From a virus (lineage: Duplodnaviria > Heunggongvirae > Uroviricota > Caudoviricetes), in IMG/VR virus record IMGVR_UViG_2648501392_000008: 15,547 nucleotides of DNA; one strand, written 5' to 3'. The notes beneath the pieces are model-generated. The model was not told where the DNA came from and did not search any database. It was given only the letters and a program-made list of their open reading frames with translations. The position numbers and the translations under genes were made by a program. Numbering within the stretch: position 1 is the stretch's first letter; every line of letters starts with the position of its first letter. Shown piece after piece: positions 1 to 7,399 of the stretch.

Positions 1-259
1 ATCGGAAACGATGATCTGGCAGCCTGAGTTCACAGATAAAATACTCTCCAGGAAACCCGGGGCGGTTCACATCTGATTCAATCAGGCAGTTAACATGACA
101 TTCCGCAATCACGCCACCGGGTTCTCCTTTCCATTTTTGGCAAACAAAAACTCCTGTTAAATTGCCGTGCTGGTTAACAGATGTATGCCCTACGATGTAG
201 CTTCCTTTAGTTGCTTTCTCTGCCTTTTCACGCAGTGCCTGATAGTTAATTTGGGTCAC
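1..259 (-). CDS. Ead/Ea22-like prophage protein, N-terminal part only (gene runs off the window start)
   Basis: Minus-strand frame opens at GTG (259..257) overlapping the TGA of the upstream gene (GTGA), with GGAGGA 8 nt upstream. Translation MTQINYQALREKAEKATKGSYIVGH... recalls the conserved N-terminus of Ea22-like proteins (from memory). Not in the ORF track because there is no stop inside the window. Confidence 0.4.
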   Translation of the reverse strand, partial: MTQINYQALREKAEKATKGSYIVGHTSVNQHGNLTGVFVCQKWKGEPGGVIAECHVNCLIESDVNRPGFPGEYFICELRLPDHRFR

Positions 260-465
260 TCTTCATCCTCCAAGTCGGCAACGGCGTCCATCACATCAGA
301 ACCGCGAATAACCTCAAAAGCACGGCAGGCCATTTGAAATACCAGTTGCTCTTGCGGATGCGGTGATTCCCAATATTTGAATCCAGGGCGATGCGCGTAC
401 CCCATCATTGAATAAAAATCACCAGCAAGCTTAATCGCGGCATCAACAAGCTCTCTGTTAGTCAT
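256..465 (-). CDS. Hypothetical small prophage protein (about 69 aa from the internal ATG; ORF-track frame extends to 513)
   Basis: ORF-track frame 256..513; ATG at 465..463 sits 11 nt after the stop of the upstream gene (477) behind an A-rich GGAAAAAGA. Its last codons contain the SD of the next gene. No recognisable domain. Confidence 0.4.
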   Translation of the reverse strand: MTNRELVDAAIKLAGDFYSMMGYAHRPGFKYWESPHPQEQLVFQMACRAFEVIRGSDVMDAVADLEDEE

Positions 466-476
466 TCTTTTTCCGC

Positions 477-1088
477 TCACTGGTTGCCTCCTTTGCGAAT
501 CTGTTCCGCCCATTCTTCTAGGGATTTCTCCGCATATTCACCGGACAGGCCATCAATCGGGTGTGGTTCATTAGCCAACTCTTCTTTCGCTGACAGAATC
601 ATGCGTGTAACGTCGAAAACTTCACGTAAAGACTTATTGATAAATCCGTGATTGAAAGTAGCAGCAAGACGGCTTGCGGTATAGTTAATCCCCTCGTTGC
701 GTGCTTCCGCACGAATTTCAGCCAGGAAAGCATCGGTGGCTGGAGTTTCGCTGTGGTGTAGGGCATCGTTGATAATCATTGCAGCAACACCAGCCTGCCC
801 TGCATCCGTGACCGACACATGCTCAAGAGTTACGGCCATTGCGTGTTTCAGCCCCGCATTCTCCGCCGCCAGCGCCGAAAACTTCTCGTGTGCCAACTTA
901 ACAGCTGCATCAGCCTGCTTAATTGACTCAATCGCTTTCTGTTGGTCTTCGGACAGAGCCAAAATCTTGGCCTCCGCTTCAGCAAATTTACGCACCAGAT
1001 ATTCAGCATTTGTTTCATTCACTTTCAGATCTCGTGGTACACATTTCCCGCGAAGAAACCCTTCCATTTCGAAAACATTCATGCGCAT
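477..1088 (-). CDS. Hypothetical prophage protein, alanine/glutamate-rich and probably coiled-coil (203 aa)
   Basis: Long ORF with GGAG 8 nt upstream of ATG 1088; overlaps the stop of the upstream HD gene by 10 nt (translational coupling). No family recognised. Confidence 0.5.
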   Translation of the reverse strand: MRMNVFEMEGFLRGKCVPRDLKVNETNAEYLVRKFAEAEAKILALSEDQQKAIESIKQADAAVKLAHEKFSALAAENAGLKHAMAVTLEHVSVTDAGQAGVAAMIINDALHHSETPATDAFLAEIRAEARNEGINYTASRLAATFNHGFINKSLREVFDVTRMILSAKEELANEPHPIDGLSGEYAEKSLEEWAEQIRKGGNQ

Positions 1089-1615
1089 GTGCGTAACTCC
1101 GATAACTCGTTAAAGCGCTCCATAAACATCCCGTAGGCATGGCTCGGAGCCAGTGGAATAACTTTGAACATTTCTGTTGCCGGGATACCTTCCAGTACTG
1201 GCCAGAAAGAGCCATCATCAAGCCCGAGATCGCGGCGTTCGGTTGCCAGCATGATGAGATCGGCATATTTCACAGGCGTGCTCATAACCGGGGGTAACCC
1301 GTATTTCTCACGGATTACGGCGTCTATTTTTTCTTCCATCCGTTTATAGTCAGGAAGAAGGCGTTTCAGTGGAGCGGGAATATCCTGGCAATACGCTTCT
1401 GTTGCATCATGCATTAACGCTTCAAAAGCAAATTCCTGCGGCACCAGCTGGCTGCAAAGCACCGCATGTTGGGCGACACTGTAGAAGTGAGAAAGATGAC
1501 CGGCAAAGCGGCAGATATTTGAAAGGGAAACCGCGATATCGTTAATCACGATGTCGTCTTTATTTATCTTGTCATAATAAAAATGCTTCCCGGAAAAAGT
1601 TTTAATAAATGACAT
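1079..1615 (-). CDS. HD-domain phosphohydrolase (YfbR-like 5'-deoxynucleotidase family)
   Basis: ATG at 1615 with GGAGAA SD directly upstream (the ORF-track N-terminal extension to 1684 has no SD). Product MSFIKTFSGKHFYYD...HAVLCSQLV...ALMHDATEAY has the spacing and character of an HD-domain nucleotidase; the exact metal-binding residues were not mapped by eye. Confidence 0.6.
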   Translation of the reverse strand: MSFIKTFSGKHFYYDKINKDDIVINDIAVSLSNICRFAGHLSHFYSVAQHAVLCSQLVPQEFAFEALMHDATEAYCQDIPAPLKRLLPDYKRMEEKIDAVIREKYGLPPVMSTPVKYADLIMLATERRDLGLDDGSFWPVLEGIPATEMFKVIPLAPSHAYGMFMERFNELSELRTCA

Positions 1616-1705
1616 TTTGTTCTCCACGTTATATGCGCTGCACCGCTCTGAATTTTGATTGCAGCAATCCAGCCCATTTGACATGGGATGATTGCTGCAA
1701 TTTTT

Positions 1706-2624
1706 TTAAGTTGTTGGATTTTGGCTTTTATCTTCTTTGTAAGAAAGAAGGTCACACATCAAATTAACTACCTTGCTGAATTGGAAAAGGTCAGCGCCAG
1801 TCTGATGACGCCACTGGAATGCTTTATCATCTTCATCATTAAATGTCTGAGATTGAGTATTGATGCGCGAAAAATGGAAATTTTCGGTAAGAATGAAGGT
1901 CACACCGCAACCGGATAACTCCATTTTATCAGCAGTGAAACTACTACTAAGACTATCGGCCAGTTCGCTTTGAATTGACTCATGCTCAGCTGAGTAGCGA
2001 ATAATTTCCTTTTGATCTGCGTAGCGTGATAGCTGAATATAATTTCCGACAGTGAATCCTTCAAATGCATTGGCTGCACCATTGATGTAGTTATTCAGGC
2101 GTGTAGTCAGTCCATTCTTGATATCACTGATGTTGATTGTTTCTGTTTTCACTGAACCGACAACCTTAATCAGCATTGCGCATACCATACCGGCTATTAT
2201 TTTATTGGTTGTGTTGATTACCAATAATTTCTCATCAGTGCTGTACAATGCAAGAATCAGCGTAGACTTAACAAATGCCTGTTTGGCATAGATCTACTCG
2301 TACGTTATCAATAATGGCCAGTCGTTCGGCACGCTTTAATTTATTCCCGGACATATTTTCGATTGTTTGGATTCGAGAATTAGCTTCTTTCATGACGACA
2401 TGTCGGGGAATTATTTTCTGATCATGACGGATTACCATTGCGTACCCACCAGATATCGGAGTTACCAGTTCACCAGTGACAGGATTCTCTACAAAAGAGG
2501 ACCGTGAAAATTCTGTTTCCCCGATTTCAGAATAAGGGAGTTCGAGAAGATGACCTTCAATAGCCTGTATACTAGGTAATGTTGCTCGGTACACAATTGC
2601 GTTACGAAATTTTGGTAATTTCAT
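1706..2624 (-). pseudogene. rdgC: rdgC-like recombination-associated gene interrupted by a frameshift near 2270-2295
   Basis: ATG at 2624 with GAGGAAAA SD gives MKLPKFRNAIVYRATLP...KIIPRHVVMKEA, resembling the RdgC N-terminus (MLWFKNLMVYRL...KILPSPVIKQAL, recalled). The frame stops at 2268, and the continuation (QAFVKS...LLVINTTNKIIAGMV..., ORF 1706..2248) is in another frame. The two pieces sum to about 300 aa, the RdgC length. Confidence 0.55.
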
Positions 2625-2953
2625 TCTATTTTCCTCTGCACAAGATATTAGTTTCTCCACAAAACAGAGAAGAACACCTGCGGTGGCAGCCGCCCGGGTG
2701 GATTGGGTTATGAGCCCGTCGTCCGGTGATGCTCTTCTCTGTTTTGTAAAAAGAGCGGTACCAGCCGGAAGCAAGTGTACAAACTGGTACCGCCAAAGCA
2801 GTGGCTGCTGTGGTGACCGATGCTGATCTCCGGCTTGCGGTTATTTCAGACTCTCACGGGCGTTTAATTGCCCCGCCGAACAGCTCTTTTCCGCAATAGC
2901 TGCAATGTCTTTCGCGCATCAGCCTGCGCATTCACCACAACTCTAAAAACAAA

Positions 2954-3004
2954 TGTAGGATATCCAACATGCGAGTGTCAAGAGTTTATGTTGGTTATCC
3001 TACA
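2954..3004. promoter_or_regulatory. OL-like operator pair: 17-bp inverted repeat tgtaggatatccaacat (2954-2970) / atgttggttatcctaca (2988-3004)
   Basis: Near-perfect 17-bp inverted repeat (1 mismatch, 17-bp spacer) just downstream of the cI terminator; the same motif recurs in the cI-cro intergenic region. Confidence 0.5.
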
Positions 3005-3021
3005 TAAAAAGATAGGCTCAT

Positions 3022-3047
3022 AAAAAAACCGGGGATACCCCGGTTTT
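3022..3047 (-). terminator. Rho-independent terminator downstream of cI (bidirectional-looking hairpin)
   Basis: Stem accgggg / ccccggt with loop ata, flanked by an A-run on plus (= U-run on the minus transcript), about 20 bp after the cI stop. Confidence 0.65.
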
Positions 3048-3067
3048 GCGATAGTGAGGAAGATGTG

Positions 3068-3721
3068 TCAAAAATCCATTATTACTTGTTTGACAAGACC
3101 AACTATTCTGCAGTTCTCACCGCATTCAATAGTTTTATAGTTAGGATTTAGTGGGACGAGATACCTGTTCGGCCAGTCCTCAACAAATTTTTTGAGTGTC
3201 GCTTCTTGCCCACCATTGATATGGGCAACAACGATTTTTCCGTTAATACACTCTGTATCAATAATATCTGGCTCTACGATAACGATAGAACCTTCTGGTA
3301 TCGATGGTGAGCCGAGGGGATTGGTCATTGAATCACCACGGACCCGTAGTGCAAATGCCATTTCTGATACAAGGGCGGTAGTATAAACCCACTCTTCAGC
3401 ATCTTCTTTCCTGACACCAGGCTCCGTCATTGTCCATGAACCCGCCTGAACCCACGAGATTAGGGGGACTTTTTTAACTGCGAATATTTCAGGTTTTAGA
3501 TTTATCTTTGGTTCAGGCGAGCCTTTTCCGCTAACAAGCCACAGAGGATCGCATTTAAGTGCGTTGGCTAGGGCTTGAAGGTTGGCTCCATTTGGTTGGT
3601 AGTCGTCCTTTTCCCATCCAGTAACCGTGACACGGTTCACACCAGTCAAATCAGCCAGTGCTTGTTGTGTCAGGTTCAGTTCTTTTCGCCTTTGGCGAAT
3701 ACGATCACTCATGTTCATCAT
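3068..3721 (-). CDS. cI: cI-like phage repressor (N-terminal XRE-type HTH, C-terminal S24/LexA-type autopeptidase)
   Basis: N-terminus RIRQRRKELNLTQQALADLTGVNRVTVTGWE is a classic HTH; C-terminus has GDSM (catalytic Ser) and a downstream Lys in LexA/S24 arrangement. Divergent from the cro-like gene with operator repeats between them. Confidence 0.85.
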   Translation of the reverse strand: MMNMSDRIRQRRKELNLTQQALADLTGVNRVTVTGWEKDDYQPNGANLQALANALKCDPLWLVSGKGSPEPKINLKPEIFAVKKVPLISWVQAGSWTMTEPGVRKEDAEEWVYTTALVSEMAFALRVRGDSMTNPLGSPSIPEGSIVIVEPDIIDTECINGKIVVAHINGGQEATLKKFVEDWPNRYLVPLNPNYKTIECGENCRIVGLVKQVIMDF

Positions 3722-3783
3722 GTAGGCAATCCTACCACATGCCCATGTAGGATTCTTGACATTGGCATGTTGGATATCCTACA
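3721..3783. promoter_or_regulatory. OR-like operator cluster (3 sites: 3721-3736, 3746-3762, 3767-3783) in the cI-cro divergent promoter region
   Basis: Repeats of the TGTAGG...CCTACA half-site family: tgtaggcaatcctacc, tgtaggattcttgacat, atgttggatatcctaca. The last is the exact reverse complement of the site at 2954-2970. Confidence 0.55.
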
Positions 3784-3816
3784 TTTCTGCTTAACGTAAT
3801 TTAACGGGAGACAGAA

Positions 3817-4014
3817 ATGCGGAAATCCGACGTGATTAATTATTTCGGCGGAGTTTGTAAAATCGCCGAAGCCCTAGGTATTAAGCATCCGTCTGTTTCA
3901 GAGTGGCCTGAGATTATTCCTGAAGGCCGAGCGTACCAGTTAGAAAAAATTACTAACGGGAAACTGAAAGTTGACGTGTCTTTATATCAAAAGACTAACA
4001 GTGCTGCGGCATAA
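3817..4014 (+). CDS. Cro-like small DNA-binding protein (YdaS/Cro family)
   Basis: 65-aa ORF divergent from cI, GGGAGA SD 7 nt upstream of ATG; GGVCKIAEALGIKHPSVSEW is a YdaS/Cro-type HTH. Confidence 0.65.
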   Translation: MRKSDVINYFGGVCKIAEALGIKHPSVSEWPEIIPEGRAYQLEKITNGKLKVDVSLYQKTNSAAA

Positions 4015-4041
4015 AAACACCACAGAAATGAGGAATTAACC

Positions 4042-4626
4042 GTGGGTAAAGAACCTGAATGGAAAGTTGATAAACAACCAGCATGGCTGGTGGCAGCAAT
4101 ACGAAGAACGATTGCTGATTTACCTCATGGCTATGAGGAAGCAGCAGAAATTCTTGGTTTGTATAAATCTGATGATATCACCCCAGCAAAAGATCAATTG
4201 CATAACAGACTGCGTAGCGGTGGGGATCAAATTTTTCCACTTGAGTGGGCCATGGTTTTACAGGATGCCAGTGGTACCAGGCATGTAACAGATGCAATAG
4301 CCCGTCGTAGTAATGGGGTGTTTGTGCCGCTGGTGGTCATTGATGACATTGACAATGGTGACATTAATCAGCGGCTGATGGAGTCAATAGAATGGATTGG
4401 CAAGCATTCCCAGTACTTACGCAAGGCAACTGCTGATGGAGTTATTGACCAGGCTGAGCGTGAGCAAATCGAAGAGAACAGCTACCAAGTAATGGCGAAG
4501 TGGCAGGAGCATTTAACACTGTTATTTCGTGTTTTTTGTGCGCCGGAAAAGAGTAACGCCCGCGAGTGTGCAGCTCCGGGCGTCGTGGCGTCGATTGCTT
4601 CTGGTTGTGGAGAAACTAACGCATGA
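4042..4626 (+). CDS. CII-like / YdaT-like prophage regulatory protein
   Basis: GTG start with GAGGA SD 7 nt upstream; position immediately after the Cro/YdaS-like gene; product loosely resembles YdaT / phage-186-CII-type proteins (recalled, not searched). Confidence 0.5.
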   Translation: MGKEPEWKVDKQPAWLVAAIRRTIADLPHGYEEAAEILGLYKSDDITPAKDQLHNRLRSGGDQIFPLEWAMVLQDASGTRHVTDAIARRSNGVFVPLVVIDDIDNGDINQRLMESIEWIGKHSQYLRKATADGVIDQAEREQIEENSYQVMAKWQEHLTLLFRVFCAPEKSNARECAAPGVVASIASGCGETNA

Positions 4627-5783
4627 ATAGTTTAACGGCAAATAACCGTTTGTCGCAACAGCTGGTGGTCAGCGTCGCTGAACACCTGTTGTTACGGCAT
4701 GAATGCAGATTACCAAATCACCTGGCTGTAAGTAACCACAGAGAACTTTACCTGACTGTGGGGGGCGAGTTGTGCAGGAACTTAACCGCTGGTTTCGTGA
4801 CGGAAGAGGGCTTTATGTCCATGTTATTCGTTGGGAGCCAGAAACACAGCGCGTTATCTATCTTCGCAAAGACTACCCGCATGAGTGCTTTAGTCCTTTG
4901 TGGAAATTCAGGCGTGATTTTGTTGAGTGTGAAGGACCACCAGCATATTGATTCTGCAATTCCGGGACGTTACACTGCTCAGGCACCTTATAAAGCGGGT
5001 GCCGGGATTGGCGTCCTGAAATTGTCAACGGCGATGTATGACGCGCCAGCGTCTTTTTTATCGTCCGCATTTGCTCACATCCAGATTATGGTGGGCTGGG
5101 CGGGGGCACCGAAAGGTGCGCCGGTCTCCGTTGACGCCGGTTACGCCAACCCCGTCCAGTTCACCACCAGTGAAATTGGCGTTTCCGGTGGTGGAAGTTT
5201 TTCACTGTCAACGGAGGCTGCCATCATGGCTACGATCCCAGCCCTCACTCAACCTGAAATCACCATTGACAACGGCCAGGCCGTTACCACTTCTTTGGCT
5301 GTTGCCAACTTCTTCTCCAAGCGTCACGACGATGTGCTGAAAAAGATCCGCACTCTGGATTGTTCCCCAGAGTTTTGTGCCCGCAATTTTGCGGAGACAT
5401 CGATTTCGGTAAATCAACCGAACGGTGGTACACGCAAGCTCCCTTGCTATCAAATCACACGAGACGGTTTTGCGTTTCTTGCTATGGGTTTCACGGGTAA
5501 ACGTGCTGCCCGGTTCAAAGAGGCATACATAAATGCCTTTAACCAGATGGAGAAACAGCTTTCAAAGCCCGCTGTACCGAGCGACGTTGCACATAACGCC
5601 AGCGTTCTCTGTTCCTACATTTCATCAATTCATCAGGTCTGGCTGCAGCAGCTTTATCCTATGTTGGCAAAAGCCGAATCTCCGCTGGCTGTTAGCTTAT
5701 ATGACTATATTAATGATGCTTCGGCGCTGGCCAGTCTCATAAATTTGTCGCTGAACCCTTCAGAGGTAAGGGGGCGCAAATGA
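4623..5783 (+). CDS. Rha-domain phage regulatory protein with a roughly 200-aa N-terminal region of unknown function
   Basis: ATGA overlap with the upstream stop. Residues about 210-310 (QAVTTSLAVANFFSKRHDDVLKKIRTL...ITRDGFAFLAMGFTGKRAARFKEAYINAFNQME) match the Rha/pRha domain. An internal ATG at 5226 with GGAGG upstream could also initiate a standalone Rha protein. Confidence 0.55.
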   Translation: MNSLTANNRLSQQLVVSVAEHLLLRHECRLPNHLAVSNHRELYLTVGGELCRNLTAGFVTEEGFMSMLFVGSQKHSALSIFAKTTRMSALVLCGNSGVILLSVKDHQHIDSAIPGRYTAQAPYKAGAGIGVLKLSTAMYDAPASFLSSAFAHIQIMVGWAGAPKGAPVSVDAGYANPVQFTTSEIGVSGGGSFSLSTEAAIMATIPALTQPEITIDNGQAVTTSLAVANFFSKRHDDVLKKIRTLDCSPEFCARNFAETSISVNQPNGGTRKLPCYQITRDGFAFLAMGFTGKRAARFKEAYINAFNQMEKQLSKPAVPSDVAHNASVLCSYISSIHQVWLQQLYPMLAKAESPLAVSLYDYINDASALASLINLSLNPSEVRGRK

Positions 5784-6004
5784 TCCGGAATATTTTCAAA
5801 CGGTTTACCAATCATACTTTCCGTTGTCCTCGTCCGGGTCAGTGGTACACCACGCCTGCTGGGCATGTTCTACGTGTTAGCCTGGTTGACCGTGAATGTC
5901 AGAAGGTGGTTTGTGAACCGCTGGGCCGTAATTACCGCGTCAGTATGCCGCTTATAGCCTTTTGCTCCGGAAAAATGTTTAAGCGTCTGGGAGGTGTGGC
6001 GTGA
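5780..6004 (+). CDS. Hypothetical small protein (74 aa, several Cys)
   Basis: ATGA overlap with the Rha gene stop; AGGGGG SD 6 nt upstream. Confidence 0.4.
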   Translation: MIRNIFKRFTNHTFRCPRPGQWYTTPAGHVLRVSLVDRECQKVVCEPLGRNYRVSMPLIAFCSGKMFKRLGGVA

Positions 6005-6300
6005 ACTGTTTTCAGTTTGTGTGCGGATGTGCTTTCGATAACCCGATTCAGCGCCTAATTATGTTGCGTGTTTTGATGTCGGGTTCTTCAGACGGTGAAG
6101 GCGAGAGAGTTATTGATCATCAGGTGCTTGCTGATTTCTGCTGTTGTTCTAAGCAAGCGATATTCAGGGAAACCCTGGCACTGGAAAGAGCTGGTTATCT
6201 TCATATCCGAAAAATTGCAACGCTTACTATTGATGCAAAAGCCAGACTACAACCTGCGCGTGGCTACACAATTCTCATGCTGCGGAAGGAGGTTGTATGA
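6001..6300 (+). CDS. Hypothetical winged-helix-like DNA-binding protein (99 aa), possibly replication-associated
   Basis: GTG start overlapping the upstream stop (GTGA) with GGGAGGTG SD; LADFCCCSKQAIFRETLALERAGYLHIRK looks like a wHTH recognition region. Assignment is weak. Confidence 0.4.
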   Translation: MNCFQFVCGCAFDNPIQRLIMLRVLMSGSSDGEGERVIDHQVLADFCCCSKQAIFRETLALERAGYLHIRKIATLTIDAKARLQPARGYTILMLRKEVV

Positions 6301-7304
6301 GCCGTTACGCCCCCACACCGGAAGTTATGGCTATTGGTCAAATTAATATTTCCGGCAATGTTACACCTGCGACCTGGTGGAAATATATTCGACTACCCAG
6401 TGGGCGTCCGGATGCGACGGCTATCGCTCTGCTTTCAGAGATCGTTTACTGGTACCGCCCGACAGAGGTCAGGGATGAGCACACCGGAGCGTTGCTGGGA
6501 TATCGCAAGCGTTTTCAGGGCGACAAACTGCAAAGAAGCTACCAGGCGTTTGCTGAGCAGTTTGGTTTCGGGAAAAGGGAAACCGCAGATGCGCTGAAGC
6601 GTCTGCGCGATGCAGGGTTTATTACTCTGGATTTACGCACGGTGGAAATGCTCGATGGGGTGAAATGCAGCAATATTTTGTTTGTCGGGATCAACCCACA
6701 GGCAATTGCGGCCATCACCACACCTTCTTCTGTTTCGCCAGAAAGTAACAGCAATAATGCAATCAGCGATACAGCTATTACGTTAAAACGGAACACCCCC
6801 CGACGTCATAACGGAACAGGGGATACGCCGAATGTTGATACAAATACAGAGATTACTACAGAGATTACTACAGAGATTACTACAGAGATTACAACGGAGA
6901 CTAAAAACACTATTGGCGCATCCGCTGACGCGTCTGCACCAGCGCGTTCTGCCAGACAGGAATATTCACCGGAATTTGAACAGGCCTGGCAGGAATATCC
7001 CAAACGTGCTGGTGGTAATTCAAAATCCGCCGCTTTTAAAGCCTGGAAAGCCCGAATCAGGGAAGGTGTGACACCCGAAACCATGCTCGACGGTGTGAAA
7101 CGCTATGCCGCCTGGGTGCGTGTCTCTGGAAATACCGGTACCCAGTTCGTGAAGCAGGCGTCGACGTTCTTTGGTCCGGATCGTCATTTCGAAGAATCCT
7201 GGGAAGTTCCTGCGGTATCTGCAGCCAGACGCGAGGACCCGTACTTCAAAGCCAGTTACGACAACGTGGACTACAGCCAGATCCCGGAAGGATTCAGGGG
7301 GTGA
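6297..7304 (+). CDS. Phage replication initiation protein (lambda O-like / replisome organiser) with origin iterons inside the gene
   Basis: GGAAGGAGG SD before ATG 6297; N-terminal wHTH-like region; C-terminal EFEQAWQEYPKRAGGNSKSAAFKAWKARI motif typical of enterobacterial prophage replication proteins; 12-bp iterons within the coding sequence. Confidence 0.7.
   Translation: MSRYAPTPEVMAIGQINISGNVTPATWWKYIRLPSGRPDATAIALLSEIVYWYRPTEVRDEHTGALLGYRKRFQGDKLQRSYQAFAEQFGFGKRETADALKRLRDAGFITLDLRTVEMLDGVKCSNILFVGINPQAIAAITTPSSVSPESNSNNAISDTAITLKRNTPRRHNGTGDTPNVDTNTEITTEITTEITTEITTETKNTIGASADASAPARSARQEYSPEFEQAWQEYPKRAGGNSKSAAFKAWKARIREGVTPETMLDGVKRYAAWVRVSGNTGTQFVKQASTFFGPDRHFEESWEVPAVSAARREDPYFKASYDNVDYSQIPEGFRG
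6846..6893. repeat. Iteron array: 4 tandem copies of 12-bp acagagattact (candidate phage replication origin)
   Basis: Direct tandem repeats at 6846-6857, 6858-6869, 6870-6881 and 6882-6893 (last copy 1 mismatch), encoding TEIT repeats in the O-like protein. Confidence 0.7.
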
Positions 7305-7306
7305 TC

Positions 7307-7399
7307 ATGAGTCTTTTGAATGAAGTTCAGAAATTCATTGAAGCCCATCCGGGGTGTACTTCCGGAGACATTGCGGATGCTTTTTACGTGGGGGCTTAA
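7307..7399 (+). CDS. Possible small ORF (30 aa) translationally coupled between the replication gene and the Dam gene
   Basis: ATG at 7307 with GGGGG 6 nt upstream; stop TAA overlaps the Dam ATG (TAATG). Too short for the ORF track; no homology evidence. Confidence 0.3.
   Translation: MSLLNEVQKFIEAHPGCTSGDIADAFYVGA

Noticed and set aside
697-1349. Plus-strand ORFs 697..1113, 942..1136, 1164..1349
   Set aside because: Antisense shadows of the well-supported minus-strand 203-aa and HD-domain genes; Ser/Ala/Arg-rich composition typical of shadow frames.
2625-2774. N-terminal 50 aa of track ORF 2268..2774
   Set aside because: No SD, and it covers the 15-bp inverted repeat; the RdgC-like homology and a good SD begin at the internal ATG (2624).
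5038-5453. ORFs 5038..5340 (+) and 5208..5453 (-) inside the Rha-domain gene
   Set aside because: Off-frame or antisense to a frame with a recognisable Rha domain; Arg/Pro/Trp-rich composition.
6846-6893. Possible CRISPR array (short direct repeats)
   Set aside because: Repeats are 12 bp, perfectly tandem with no spacers, and inside a replication-initiator gene: iterons, not CRISPR.
6832-7084. ORFs 6832..7071 (+) and 6806..7084 (-) with LLQR / VVISVVIS repeats
   Set aside because: Off-frame and antisense translations of the iteron array inside the replication gene; repetitive protein sequence is an artefact of the DNA repeats.
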